Of a DNA stretch of 45,258 nt, positions 33,488 through 42,800 are shown piece after piece; position 1 is the stretch's first letter; the number at the start of each line of letters is the position of its first letter. The notes under the pieces were generated by a model. It did not search any database. It was not told the origin of the DNA and saw nothing but the letters and a program-made list of their open reading frames with translations. Both the position numbers and the translations under genes were made by a program. Origin of the DNA: Gammaproteobacteria bacterium (GTDB taxonomy: Bacteria; Pseudomonadota; Gammaproteobacteria; Steroidobacterales; PWYM01); contig SKYU01000033.1 in assembly GCA_007127715.1 (NCBI GenBank), forward strand, positions 1-45,258, read 5' to 3'.

Positions 33488-34399
33488 TCAGCTGTCCAGC
33501 AGGTCGTAGTGGATGGACATCGGCGAGTCGGCCGCGGGCGCGCGGCCGAGGCCGATGCTGCCGGCACCGCTCAGGGGGGTGGAGTCCCGACGCACGAAGA
33601 TCTCCTCGCCATCGGCGGTGTGGATGAACGTGCCGTTGGTGCTCTGGTCGACCAGCATGAACTTGTGCCGGTCGATGTCGATCCGCGCATGCAGCCGCGA
33701 GATCAGTGAACCCTTGATCACCAGGTCGTTGTCCTCCGCGCGGCCCATGCTCACCTGCTGACGTCCTCCGCTGCCGAGCAGCAGTTCCCGGCTGCCGAGC
33801 CGGAGTCGCAGACGTGCCGGGCGACGGTTCGGACCGCTGTCCCAGCCGCCGGGGATGGGCAGCATGCTGGTCGCCTCCTCGGGCTGCCAGAGCACCTCGA
33901 ACACCGCCACCTCACCGCTCTGACCGCGCACCGTGGCGACATCGATCTGACGGACCAGCGGCTGCCACTCGGGCGAGAGCCGGCTCACGGTGTCCTCCGT
34001 GGTGAGGATCTGACCGGCCTTGGCCTGGCTGGTCATGCGGTTGGCCATATGCACGGCCACGCCGAAGATGTCGCGCTGCTCGCGCACCACCGGGCCGAAA
34101 TGACAGCCCACGCGGATGGCGACATGACCACCATCGGACAGCAGCTCGGCATCCCGGCTGATGCGCTGCTGCATCTGTCGCGCGGCGGTCATGGCGGCAT
34201 CCGGGGTGTCGAAGGTGGCCATGACCTCGTCGCCGATGGTCTTGATCACACGACCGCCCGCCGCCTCGGTCTCCTCACGCATGATGTCGACGCAGCGGCC
34301 GACCACCTCGCGCGCACGCAGGTCACCGAGCTGCTCGTAGAGCCGCGTGCTGCCGACCACGTCGGCAAAGAGGATGGCGGTATCGGTTTCCTGGCTCAT
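33488..34399 (-). CDS. Class III adenylate/guanylate cyclase with C-terminal FHA domain
   Basis: ILFADVVGST, KTIGDEVM, DIFGVAVHMANR; FHA motifs GR, SRLH, STNGT; GGAGG SD before ATG 34399. Confidence 0.9.
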   Translation of the reverse strand: MSQETDTAILFADVVGSTRLYEQLGDLRAREVVGRCVDIMREETEAAGGRVIKTIGDEVMATFDTPDAAMTAARQMQQRISRDAELLSDGGHVAIRVGCHFGPVVREQRDIFGVAVHMANRMTSQAKAGQILTTEDTVSRLSPEWQPLVRQIDVATVRGQSGEVAVFEVLWQPEEATSMLPIPGGWDSGPNRRPARLRLRLGSRELLLGSGGRQQVSMGRAEDNDLVIKGSLISRLHARIDIDRHKFMLVDQSTNGTFIHTADGEEIFVRRDSTPLSGAGSIGLGRAPAADSPMSIHYDLLDS

Positions 34400-34422
34400 G
34401 CGGGCCTCCGCAGCCCCCGGGG

Positions 34423-35262
34423 TCAGGTGGACTTCTCGGCGACGATATAGGCGATCCAGGCCGGGTCGTTGAGGCCACGTGCCGACTCGGCGTATTCGCC
34501 GGTGCCCTCGCCGTCCTCGTCCTCGGTCTCCCAGTAGGTCCGCAGCCTCGCAAACCCCGCCTCGGTCAGCAACTCGAGAATCTCGGGCAGGGTCCAGAGC
34601 CGCCAGGCGTAGCTGAAGGCACGGCGCAGCCGGGAGCCGTCGGGAAACCGGAAGTGGATGTGACAGACGCATTCGGCGGTCACCGGATCGAACTCCGTCT
34701 GCTCCCAGACATAGGTGAACCCGTCGTGGCGGGTCTTCTCCTTGCCCATCACGTAGCTTTCCGAGCCCCCGAAAATATCGAGAAACATGATGCCGTCGTC
34801 AGCGAGCGCCTCTCGCGCGCGCTCGAAGTAGCGGCGCATCTGCTCGCGGGTGCGGAAGGTCCAGTAGCTGAAATTGAACGCCGTGAGCGCGTCGACCGGC
34901 TCGGTGGTGACCGTGAGTACGTCGCCGTTCAGCAGTCGAACCCGTTGCCGCTCAGTCGGCGAGAGCCGCGACAGACGGTGCTCCCGTCCCCAGGCCAGTA
35001 CCTCGCCGTCGATATCCACACCGATGGAGAACCTGTCCTCGCCACCACGCACCCACTGGCAGGCCGCACTGGCCGTGCCGCAGAAGTCCTCGCGCAGTCC
35101 GCGTGGGGCGCGCCCGCGCAGCGCCTGGTAGGTGGCGGCCACGAAGCGGGTCTCCTCGACCACGTCCTGCACGGACGCCTCGTAGAGTTCATGGCGATCG
35201 GCCTGCTCGGCCATCGAAGGTGCCTGACGCGCTGCCGTGCGCTTGAGATTGCGTTTTCCCAC
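34423..35262 (-). CDS. Class I SAM-dependent methyltransferase, uncharacterised family
   Basis: HELYEASVQ, motif I variant LREDFCGTA, GVDID, GDVL, AFNFSY, DGIMFLD; start is GTG 35262 or ATG 35214. Confidence 0.82.
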   Translation of the reverse strand: MGKRNLKRTAARQAPSMAEQADRHELYEASVQDVVEETRFVAATYQALRGRAPRGLREDFCGTASAACQWVRGGEDRFSIGVDIDGEVLAWGREHRLSRLSPTERQRVRLLNGDVLTVTTEPVDALTAFNFSYWTFRTREQMRRYFERAREALADDGIMFLDIFGGSESYVMGKEKTRHDGFTYVWEQTEFDPVTAECVCHIHFRFPDGSRLRRAFSYAWRLWTLPEILELLTEAGFARLRTYWETEDEDGEGTGEYAESARGLNDPAWIAYIVAEKST

Positions 35263-36310
35263 CGGGCTGGCTCTCCCCTGCCTGCGCCCGAAGCGGCGCC
35301 TTCCGGGGATTGTATGCCAGATCGCTCGCCACGCCGACTCCGGGATGACAATGGGCGGCACTGGCGAGCAGGGTATCGGGGGATGCCGCGGGGTCACGAC
35401 AGGCCTCGCTCAGCGCGCGGCGGAAGGCCCGGGCCCCGGGCTGGCCGGCATACAGACCGAGCACATGCCGGGCGATGCTCCAAAGCCGCGTGCCCCGGGC
35501 ACGTTCGCGCCCGGCGTACGCAGCCAGGGCCAGGAGTGCCTCCTCGCGGGTATCCACCCCGCCCGGGCCACACAGCTGCCGGTGCAGACCCACCAGCGAC
35601 CAGGGCCGCTCGTAGGCCTCGCGGCCCAGCATCACGCCATCGACACGTTCCAGATGCGCCCTCGCGGACACGGCATCACGAATGCCGCCGTTCAGCACGA
35701 TGGTCAGCGCGGGGAACAGGGCCTTCATGCGGTAGGCCCGCCCGTAGTCCAGTGGCGGCACCTCGCGATTCTGTTTCGGCGACAGGCCCTGCAGCCAGGC
35801 TTTTCGTGCGTGCAGGATGAACACCTCGCAGCCGGCCGCGGCCACCGTATCGATGAATGACCGCAGATAGTCGTCGCTGTCGAGTTCGTCCACCCCCAGG
35901 CGGGTCTTGACCGTCACCGGGATCTGCACGGCGGCGCGCATCGCGGCAACGCAGTCGGCGACCAGGGCGGGCTCGCGCATCAGGCAGGCCCCGAAACGCC
36001 CGGACTGGACGCGGTCACTGGGGCAGCCGACATTGAGGTTCACCTCATCGTAGCCCGCGGCCTCGACCTGGCGGGCGGCGGCTGCGAGCTTGCCGGGCTC
36101 GCTGCCACCGAGCTGACAGACCACCGGGTGCTCGGCGGGGTCGAAGGCCAGCAGACGCCCGGCCTCCCCGCGCAGCACCGCATCCGCGACCAGCATCTCG
36201 GTGTAGAGCACGGCGCGGGGCGCGAGCAGACGATGGAAGAACCGGCAGTGCCGGTCCGTCCACTCCATCATCGGCGCCACGGAGAGCGCGGTGTGCCTGT
36301 GAACACTCAT
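35189..36310 (-). CDS. dusA: tRNA-dihydrouridine synthase A
   Basis: VAPMMEWTDRHCR, YTEM, QLGGS, NVGCPSDRVQSGRFGACLM, HARKAWLQGLSPKQNR, NGGI, GVMLGR. Confidence 0.95.
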   Translation of the reverse strand: MSVHRHTALSVAPMMEWTDRHCRFFHRLLAPRAVLYTEMLVADAVLRGEAGRLLAFDPAEHPVVCQLGGSEPGKLAAAARQVEAAGYDEVNLNVGCPSDRVQSGRFGACLMREPALVADCVAAMRAAVQIPVTVKTRLGVDELDSDDYLRSFIDTVAAAGCEVFILHARKAWLQGLSPKQNREVPPLDYGRAYRMKALFPALTIVLNGGIRDAVSARAHLERVDGVMLGREAYERPWSLVGLHRQLCGPGGVDTREEALLALAAYAGRERARGTRLWSIARHVLGLYAGQPGARAFRRALSEACRDPAASPDTLLASAAHCHPGVGVASDLAYNPRKAPLRAQAGESQPGGKTQSQAHGSASGTFDGRAGRSP

Positions 36311-36505
36311 CGGACACGCTCCGGCGACCCGCCACAGCCCCACCCGGCAGGCCTGCGCAGGCACACGAGACTGCCCGGCGCACGGGGAGACAGCCCGCCT
36401 TCGACCCACTTCGACATCTCGAAATTGTATCATCCGCGTCGGCATGCCCCGGCGCCCTGTGCGCTCGCGGCATCCCTGGTCCCCCAGCAGTCACAAGGAG
36501 TCGTG

Positions 36506-37168
36506 ATGCTGCACAACAGCCTGCTCGTCGCCCATATCGCCGTCCTCGGTTACTGGCTGGGCTCGGAACTGGTCATCAACAGCACCTTCCGCTACGTCTC
36601 CTACGGCGCGGGCATGCCCATCGCCGAACGCAGCCGGCTGATGGAGCACGTCATGGATGTCGATCAGCACGTGCGCTATGCGCTGGTGCTGCAGTTCGGC
36701 CTGGGCCTGGCGCTGGCCATGCGCATGGGCTGGCTGCCGGGGGGCATGGCCGGGGCGTGGACGGCGGGCGTGTTTGCGGCCGCATGGCTGGTGCTGGTGG
36801 AAATCACCCACCGCCAGCGGCACGCGCCGCTCGGCGAACGGCTGGCGGCGCTGGACCGCGGGCTCAGGTACCTGGTGATGGCGGGTCTGGTCGCGGCAGC
36901 GGTGGCGGCGCTGAGCGGTCTGCTGGCAACCCCGGCGTGGGTCGCCTGGAAGCTGCTGCTGTTCGCCGGAGTAATGGCCTGCGGTGTGGGCATCCGGTTC
37001 GCCCTGATCGAGTGGTTTGCCAGCTGGCGCGCCCTGATGGGCTCAGGGGGCGGCGAGACGCACGAGGCGACGCTGCGACGTGGCTACTGGCAGGCCACCA
37101 GCATCCTGATCGGCCTGTGGGTGCTGATTGGCGCAATCGTCGTCATGAGCGTCGCACGGCCAGTCTAG
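36506..37168 (+). CDS. Uncharacterised multi-pass membrane protein
   Basis: AAGGAG SD; 220 aa with about six hydrophobic segments; N-terminal HIAVLGYWLG; GC3-rich codons. Confidence 0.8.
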   Translation: MLHNSLLVAHIAVLGYWLGSELVINSTFRYVSYGAGMPIAERSRLMEHVMDVDQHVRYALVLQFGLGLALAMRMGWLPGGMAGAWTAGVFAAAWLVLVEITHRQRHAPLGERLAALDRGLRYLVMAGLVAAAVAALSGLLATPAWVAWKLLLFAGVMACGVGIRFALIEWFASWRALMGSGGGETHEATLRRGYWQATSILIGLWVLIGAIVVMSVARPV

Positions 37169-37192
37169 CCGGGCATGCTATCCTGCCCCCCC

Positions 37193-37732
37193 ATGGTGTC
37201 CTCCAGGCTTTCCGGCAGAATGCGGCGTGACGGGCTGTCACGCCACCGGGCGTGCACGAACGCCATCCCCGTGATGCTCGCCGCCGGCCTGCTGCTTGCA
37301 GCGGGTTGCAGTCCCGAGCCCGCGCCGCTGGAAGACCGGGTGGCGGCCACCTGCCAGACGCTGGGCGAGTGGCAGGCACAGTCACCCGAGACGCGCCGCC
37401 GGGTGCTCACCGGCGTCGGCGGACTCGAGGGCGAGGCGCTGGCACGGACGGAATTCCTGTTTTCCGCGGCCGGCGACGCGCTCGAGGAAACAGCCGAACT
37501 CGCCGCATTCCTGGGCGAGCTGCTCGGTGAGGATGCCATGCGCCTGCTGGACTCGCCGGCCTGCCGCGCGGCACGCGGGACACTGGAGGACGAAACCTGC
37601 AGCCTGGCCGTGGCCGGCAGCGAGGATGCGCTGGCCCGCCAGAGGCTCGCCGAGCTGATCATGACGATGCAGGAGTACTGCCTGCTCGAGCCCGACGGTG
37701 AGGATGCGCTGCCGCTGCCACCACTGCCCTGA
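37193..37732 (+). CDS. Putative lipoprotein
   Basis: Hydrophobic stretch VMLAAGLLLAAG-C (lipobox), four further Cys. Start is uncertain: ATG 37193, 37220 or 37274. Confidence 0.65.
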   Translation: MVSSRLSGRMRRDGLSRHRACTNAIPVMLAAGLLLAAGCSPEPAPLEDRVAATCQTLGEWQAQSPETRRRVLTGVGGLEGEALARTEFLFSAAGDALEETAELAAFLGELLGEDAMRLLDSPACRAARGTLEDETCSLAVAGSEDALARQRLAELIMTMQEYCLLEPDGEDALPLPPLP

Positions 37733-37751
37733 GCACACCGGACTCCGGGCG

Positions 37752-38891
37752 TCAGGTCACGCCCCGCACCGTCTCCCCGACCAGGAAATCCACCACCCGC
37801 CGCTGCGCCTGCTCGGGGCTGTCCCCGGCCGCGAGCCGCTCACGGAACACCTGTTCCTGGCGATGGGCGCTGGTGCCGCGTGAGAGAATCTCCCGCAGCT
37901 GCTGCATCTGCGGCTCACAGGCCAGCGCCTCGGCATCCTCGGCGGTCAGCTCGATCAGCTCCTCGAGCAGCTCGGCGAAGGGCACCACCCGTCCAAGCGC
38001 CAGATCGATCATCCCTTCCTCGAAGCTGTAGCGCATGGCCCGCCAGCGGTTCTCGCGCAGCAGCATCGGTGTGTAGATCCGCCAGCGCTGGTTGCGCCGG
38101 CGCAGGCGGTAGAGCATCCGCAGGATGCACAGGTTGAGCGCCGCCAGGGCCAGCGTATCCTCCAGTGTGGTGCAGACGTCCATCACCCGGGTCTCGAGCG
38201 TCGGATAGCGCATGCTCGGGCGCAGGTCCCACCAGATGCGGCTGGCGTCCTCGATGATGCCGGCCTCCACCAGAATGGACACGTGACGACGGTACTCCGC
38301 GTGGCTGTTGAAACGTTCGGGGATGCCGGTGCGTGGCAGGGCATCGAACACCGTCAGCCGGTAGGACTTCAGGCCGGTCTCGCGTCCCTGCCAGAACGGC
38401 GAGGAGCAGGACATCGCCAGCAGATGCGGCAGGAAGTAGCTCAGCTGGTTCATGAGATCGATGCGCAGTTCATCGTCCTCGATCCCCACATGCACGTGCA
38501 TGCCGCAGATCAGCAGCCGCCGCGCGGCGGCCTGCATCTCCCGCGTCAGGGCGTGGTAGCGCTCGCGCTCGGTGTGCGTCTGCGCACTCCAGGTGGCGAA
38601 CGGGTGGGTCGATGCGGCGATGGGCGCGAGCCCGTACTCGGCCGCACAGGCCGCCACGGTGCTGCGCAGATGCGCCAGGTTCTCGTGGGCCTCGGCGATG
38701 CTGCCGCAGACCCGGGTACCGACCTCGATCTGCGGTTTGAGCAGTTCCGGGCCGACCTGCCCCTGGCAGCGCGCCGTGCAGGCCTCGATGATGGCGCCGC
38801 AGTGATCTCCGGCGAGATCCCGGCTCTCGCGGTCGACCAGCAGGTATTCCTCCTCGATGCCGATGGTGAAGCCCGGTTCGCTGATCCCCAT
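37752..38891 (-). CDS. Carboxylate-amine ligase, glutamate-cysteine ligase family 2 (YbdK-like)
   Basis: GIEEEYLLVD, QIEVGT, STHPF, CGMHVHVG, SSPFW, WWDLRP, LETRVMD, ENRWRAMRY. Confidence 0.92.
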   Translation of the reverse strand: MGISEPGFTIGIEEEYLLVDRESRDLAGDHCGAIIEACTARCQGQVGPELLKPQIEVGTRVCGSIAEAHENLAHLRSTVAACAAEYGLAPIAASTHPFATWSAQTHTERERYHALTREMQAAARRLLICGMHVHVGIEDDELRIDLMNQLSYFLPHLLAMSCSSPFWQGRETGLKSYRLTVFDALPRTGIPERFNSHAEYRRHVSILVEAGIIEDASRIWWDLRPSMRYPTLETRVMDVCTTLEDTLALAALNLCILRMLYRLRRRNQRWRIYTPMLLRENRWRAMRYSFEEGMIDLALGRVVPFAELLEELIELTAEDAEALACEPQMQQLREILSRGTSAHRQEQVFRERLAAGDSPEQAQRRVVDFLVGETVRGVT

Positions 38892-38927
38892 GTTGCGCGC
38901 TCCCGCGGTGCTGGCTGGACGATGGAC

Positions 38928-39794
38928 TCAGAGCATGCCGGCGGCGGTGTTGACCGGGCCATCGTGGGCGGTCGGCCATCGGCCTTCAGGTAAGGGACGA
39001 TAGAGCGACGGGTCGGCCAGGATCGGCGCCAGGGCGTCGGCGATCACCGCCGCCCAGCGCGTCTGGCCGGGCTCGTCGGCGATCAGATCCTGGCGCAGTT
39101 CGATGGAGATGCTCGGCCGGCCGAACCGCTCGGCATGATGATCGATGGTGAAGTCCGCGGGATGGCGGCCGGAATAGGGTTCGTTGTCGCCGACGATCAC
39201 GCCCGGCATCGCGCGCAGGCGACGCATGAACGGCAGGGGGATGCGCGGGTCGCGATCCCACAGCACGCCAACCTGCCAGCGCCGCACCACCCCGTACATG
39301 CGCGGCGTGAAACTGTGCACACTGACCACCACGGGCGTACGCCCCTCGCCGGCGCGCCGCGAGAGTTCCGTCTCGATCGCCTGGTGATAGGGCCAGTACA
39401 GCAGGTCCCGCCGCTGGGCGCGGGCTGCGGCATCCAGGGCCAGGTTTCCGGGAATCAGGATGCCGTCACTGATCACCGGCATGCACGAGGGGCTGTCGGC
39501 ACGCCGGTTGCAGTCGGCCACCAGCCGCGAATAGCCCGCCAGCACCACCGGCAGATCCAGCCGGGCCGCCACGCGCCGCGCGACCCCGGCGGCGCCGATG
39601 TCCCAGGCGATATGGCGCCCGAGCGCTCCCGGCGTGAGCCCGAGCCCGGCGAGGCGCTCGGGAATACGGTTGGAGGCGTGATCGCAGACCACCAGGCCGC
39701 AGCCGCGTGCCTCCGGGTTCTCCAGCGTGTAGGGGGGTGGCTCGTGTTCGGCCAGCAGGCCGGAATCACGGGCGCGCGCAGCGGCATGGATCAA
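38928..39794 (-). CDS. N-formylglutamate amidohydrolase family protein
   Basis: VCDHASN, HIAWDIGA, SRLVADCNR, YWPYH, SVHSFTP, GDNEPY, IELRQD; TTG start is uncertain. Confidence 0.9.
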   Translation of the reverse strand: MIHAAARARDSGLLAEHEPPPYTLENPEARGCGLVVCDHASNRIPERLAGLGLTPGALGRHIAWDIGAAGVARRVAARLDLPVVLAGYSRLVADCNRRADSPSCMPVISDGILIPGNLALDAAARAQRRDLLYWPYHQAIETELSRRAGEGRTPVVVSVHSFTPRMYGVVRRWQVGVLWDRDPRIPLPFMRRLRAMPGVIVGDNEPYSGRHPADFTIDHHAERFGRPSISIELRQDLIADEPGQTRWAAVIADALAPILADPSLYRPLPEGRWPTAHDGPVNTAAGML

Positions 39795-39862
39795 GAACGC
39801 GGTCTCTCGTGCAGGGGTCCACGGGCCAGTGTACCGGAAAGCGCCCGGCCGACCAGCCGGGC

Positions 39863-42800
39863 TCAGGCGCTCTGGCGCAGGGCCTCGCGGGCCGGCAGCT
39901 CGGCCACGGGTCTGGGCACGGCGATGTGGTAGCCCTGGGCATAGGCGATGCCGATCTCCGCCAGCCGTGCCAGCACCTCGCCGCTCTCCACCCGCTCGGC
40001 GATGGTCTGGATGCCCATGGCCAGGCCGACCTTGTTGATCGCATCGACCATGCTCTGGTCGATGCGGTCCCGGATGACGTTCTTGATGAACTGGCCGTCG
40101 ATCTTCAGGAAATCCACCGGCAGGGTCTTGAGGTAGGTGAACGAGGACAGGCCGCTGCCGAAATCATCGAGAGAGAACCGGGCGCCAAGCGTCTTCAGCG
40201 CCTGCATGAAGTGTGCGACGGCGGAGAGGTTGCTGATCGCAGCGGTTTCGGTGATCTCGAAGCAGATGGCGCCTGGCGGCGGCTGAAGCTGCTCGAACGC
40301 GGCGACGATGTCGGCAAGGAACTGCGCATCGCTGAGCGAGGTGCCGGAGAGATTGACCGACAGCGTGTAGGGATCGGCCGGGTCACGACACAGCAGACGT
40401 TCCATGGCCTCGCGCACCACCCAGCGATCCAGCACCGGCATCAGGTTGTAGCGCTCGGCGGCGGGGATGAATTCACTCGGCGGGACCAGTTTGCCGGCCT
40501 CATCGCGCATCCGCAGCAGGAGCTCGTAGTGGCCGCTGCGGTCGGCATTCCCGCCGATGGGGATGATCGGCTGGAAGTACAGCTCCAGGCGGTCGTCCTC
40601 CACGGCATGGGTGATGCGCGAGACCCACTGCATCTCCTTGTGCTTTTCCGGGACGTCACCGGCTTCGCAGAGGTGAATTCGGTTGCGGCCCTCGTCCTTC
40701 GCCGCGTAGCACGAGACGTCGGCGAGGCTGAAAAGCTCCTCGGCACTCGGACTCGCGGCGTTCAGTGCCACGACACCGATACTCACCGACACCGACATGC
40801 TGCGGTCCTTCCAGGTGAACCGGTGCTCTCGCACCGCCTCGCGCAGATCATCCGCGACCTGCAACGCCTTGCGCCCGGGGCAGTCCTGCAGCAGCAGCGC
40901 GAACTCGTCGCCGCCGGTCCGGGCCAGCACGTCGCTGGCCCGGACGCGGGCGAGCAGCACTTCGCTGACCTGCCGCAGCAGCTGGTCGCCAGCCGCATGG
41001 CCGGCCGTGTCGTTGACCACCTTGAACTGATCGAGGTCCAGGTAGAGCAGCGCATGGCTGCGCTCGGGATGACGCCGCACTTCCTCGAGCGCGTGCGACA
41101 GGCGATTCTCGAATTCCGCCCGGTTGATCAGGCCGGTCAGCGGATCGTGACTGGCCTGGTAGTTCAGCTCCCGCTGCAGACGCTGCTCCTGGCTGACGTC
41201 GTGGAACACCATGACCGCGCCGATCACGTGCCCCTGCCGGTCCCGGATCGGTGCCGCCGAATCGCGTACGTTGAGATCCATGCCGTTGCGCCCGATCAGC
41301 ACGGCGCCCTCGGGCAGCGAGACCTTGCGTCCCTCGCGCAGGCAGCGGCTGACCGGATTCTCGAGCACCGTCCGGCGCTCGACATCGACGATGGTCAGCA
41401 CCTCCTCCACCGGCCGTCCGCGGGCGGCGCGGGCCTCCCAGCCGATCAGTTCCTCGGCGGCCGGATTGAGCTCGTCGACGTGTCCTGCGGCATCGGTCGT
41501 GATCACCGCATCCCCGATCGAGCGCAGCGTCACCAGCAGCCGTTCCTTCTCCTCGAACAGCGCCTGCTCGGCCTGCTTGCGCTCGGTGATGTCGGTCAGC
41601 GTTCCCTCGACATGCAGCAGCCGGCCCTCGGTATCGCGCACCGCGCGTCCGTTCTCGAGCACCACGATCTCGCTGCCGTCCCGGCGGCGCAGCCGCACCT
41701 CATGGTTGCGCAGTACGCCGTCGCGGGCCAGCAGGCGTGCGCCACTGTCGCGCTCGGCGGCGCTGACGTGGAAATTGGCGGTCGGCCCCGCGTCCCGGAG
41801 GTCGGCCTCGCTGGCATAGCCCAGCATCTCGACCAGCGCGGGGTTTGCCGCCAGGATCTCGCCCTCGGGCGACACCTGGTAGACACCGTCGGCGACATGC
41901 TCGAACAGCCCGCGCCAGCGCGTCTCGCTGTCACGCAGCGCGGTCTCGTCCCGGCGGCGTTCGATGGCGATCCCGGCCAGCTGACTGAAGCGCGCCACGG
42001 TATCGAGTTCGTCGGTGCGAGGTGCCCGGGACTCTGGAAAATACACGTCCAGCGTCCCCAGCAGACGTCGCGTGGCACTCAGTACGGGCGTCGCACAGCA
42101 GGCAGCAAGGCCCGCGGACAGGGCCAGCGGCGCGAACTCGCGCCAGGTCACATCGGTGCCGAGGTCCTGGACGATGATCTGGCGGTTCATGGACGCCGCC
42201 GCCGCGCCGCTGCCGGCACGCAGCCCGATCTCCACCCGATCGAGGACACTGCGCAGCGCCCCGGGCAACCCCGGGGCGGCGCCAACGCGCAGGTAGCGGT
42301 GGTCGTCGGCCAGCAGCATGGCGGCACAGCGCACACCGCTGTCGAGGTGTTCGAGGCCGCGGCAGATCGCCCCCAACGTGCGCTCGAGCGGCGCGTTCGC
42401 GGCGATCATTTCCAGCACGTGACGCTCGGCATGCGCGAGCATCTCGCTGCGCTTGCGGGCACTGATATCGATGATGCTGGCGCGGATCAGGCGTCGGCGG
42501 CTGGAGGGCAGCCGCGTGAAGCGCACCTCGCAGGGCAGCGTCTGGCCGCTGGCATGCCGGTGCAGCCACTCGAACACTGGACTGGCACCCGCCAGGGCGC
42601 GGGCGACGTGCCCACGCTCGACCCCGAACGACGGCAGGCCGTCGGCCTGCACGGGCGCGGACACGGCCTCGGGCCCCAGTGCGAGCAGCTGCTCGCGGCT
42701 CAAACCGAAGAAACCCGCGGCATGTTCATTGGCGTCGACGAAACGTCCGCGATCGACATCCAGCACCAGGATCACCTCGCTGGAGTGCTCGACGAGGGCA

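Noticed and set aside
36200-36500. Possible dusA-associated genomic island
   Set aside because: dusA is a known integration hotspot, but I see no integrase, no duplicated dusA 5' fragment and no obvious composition shift
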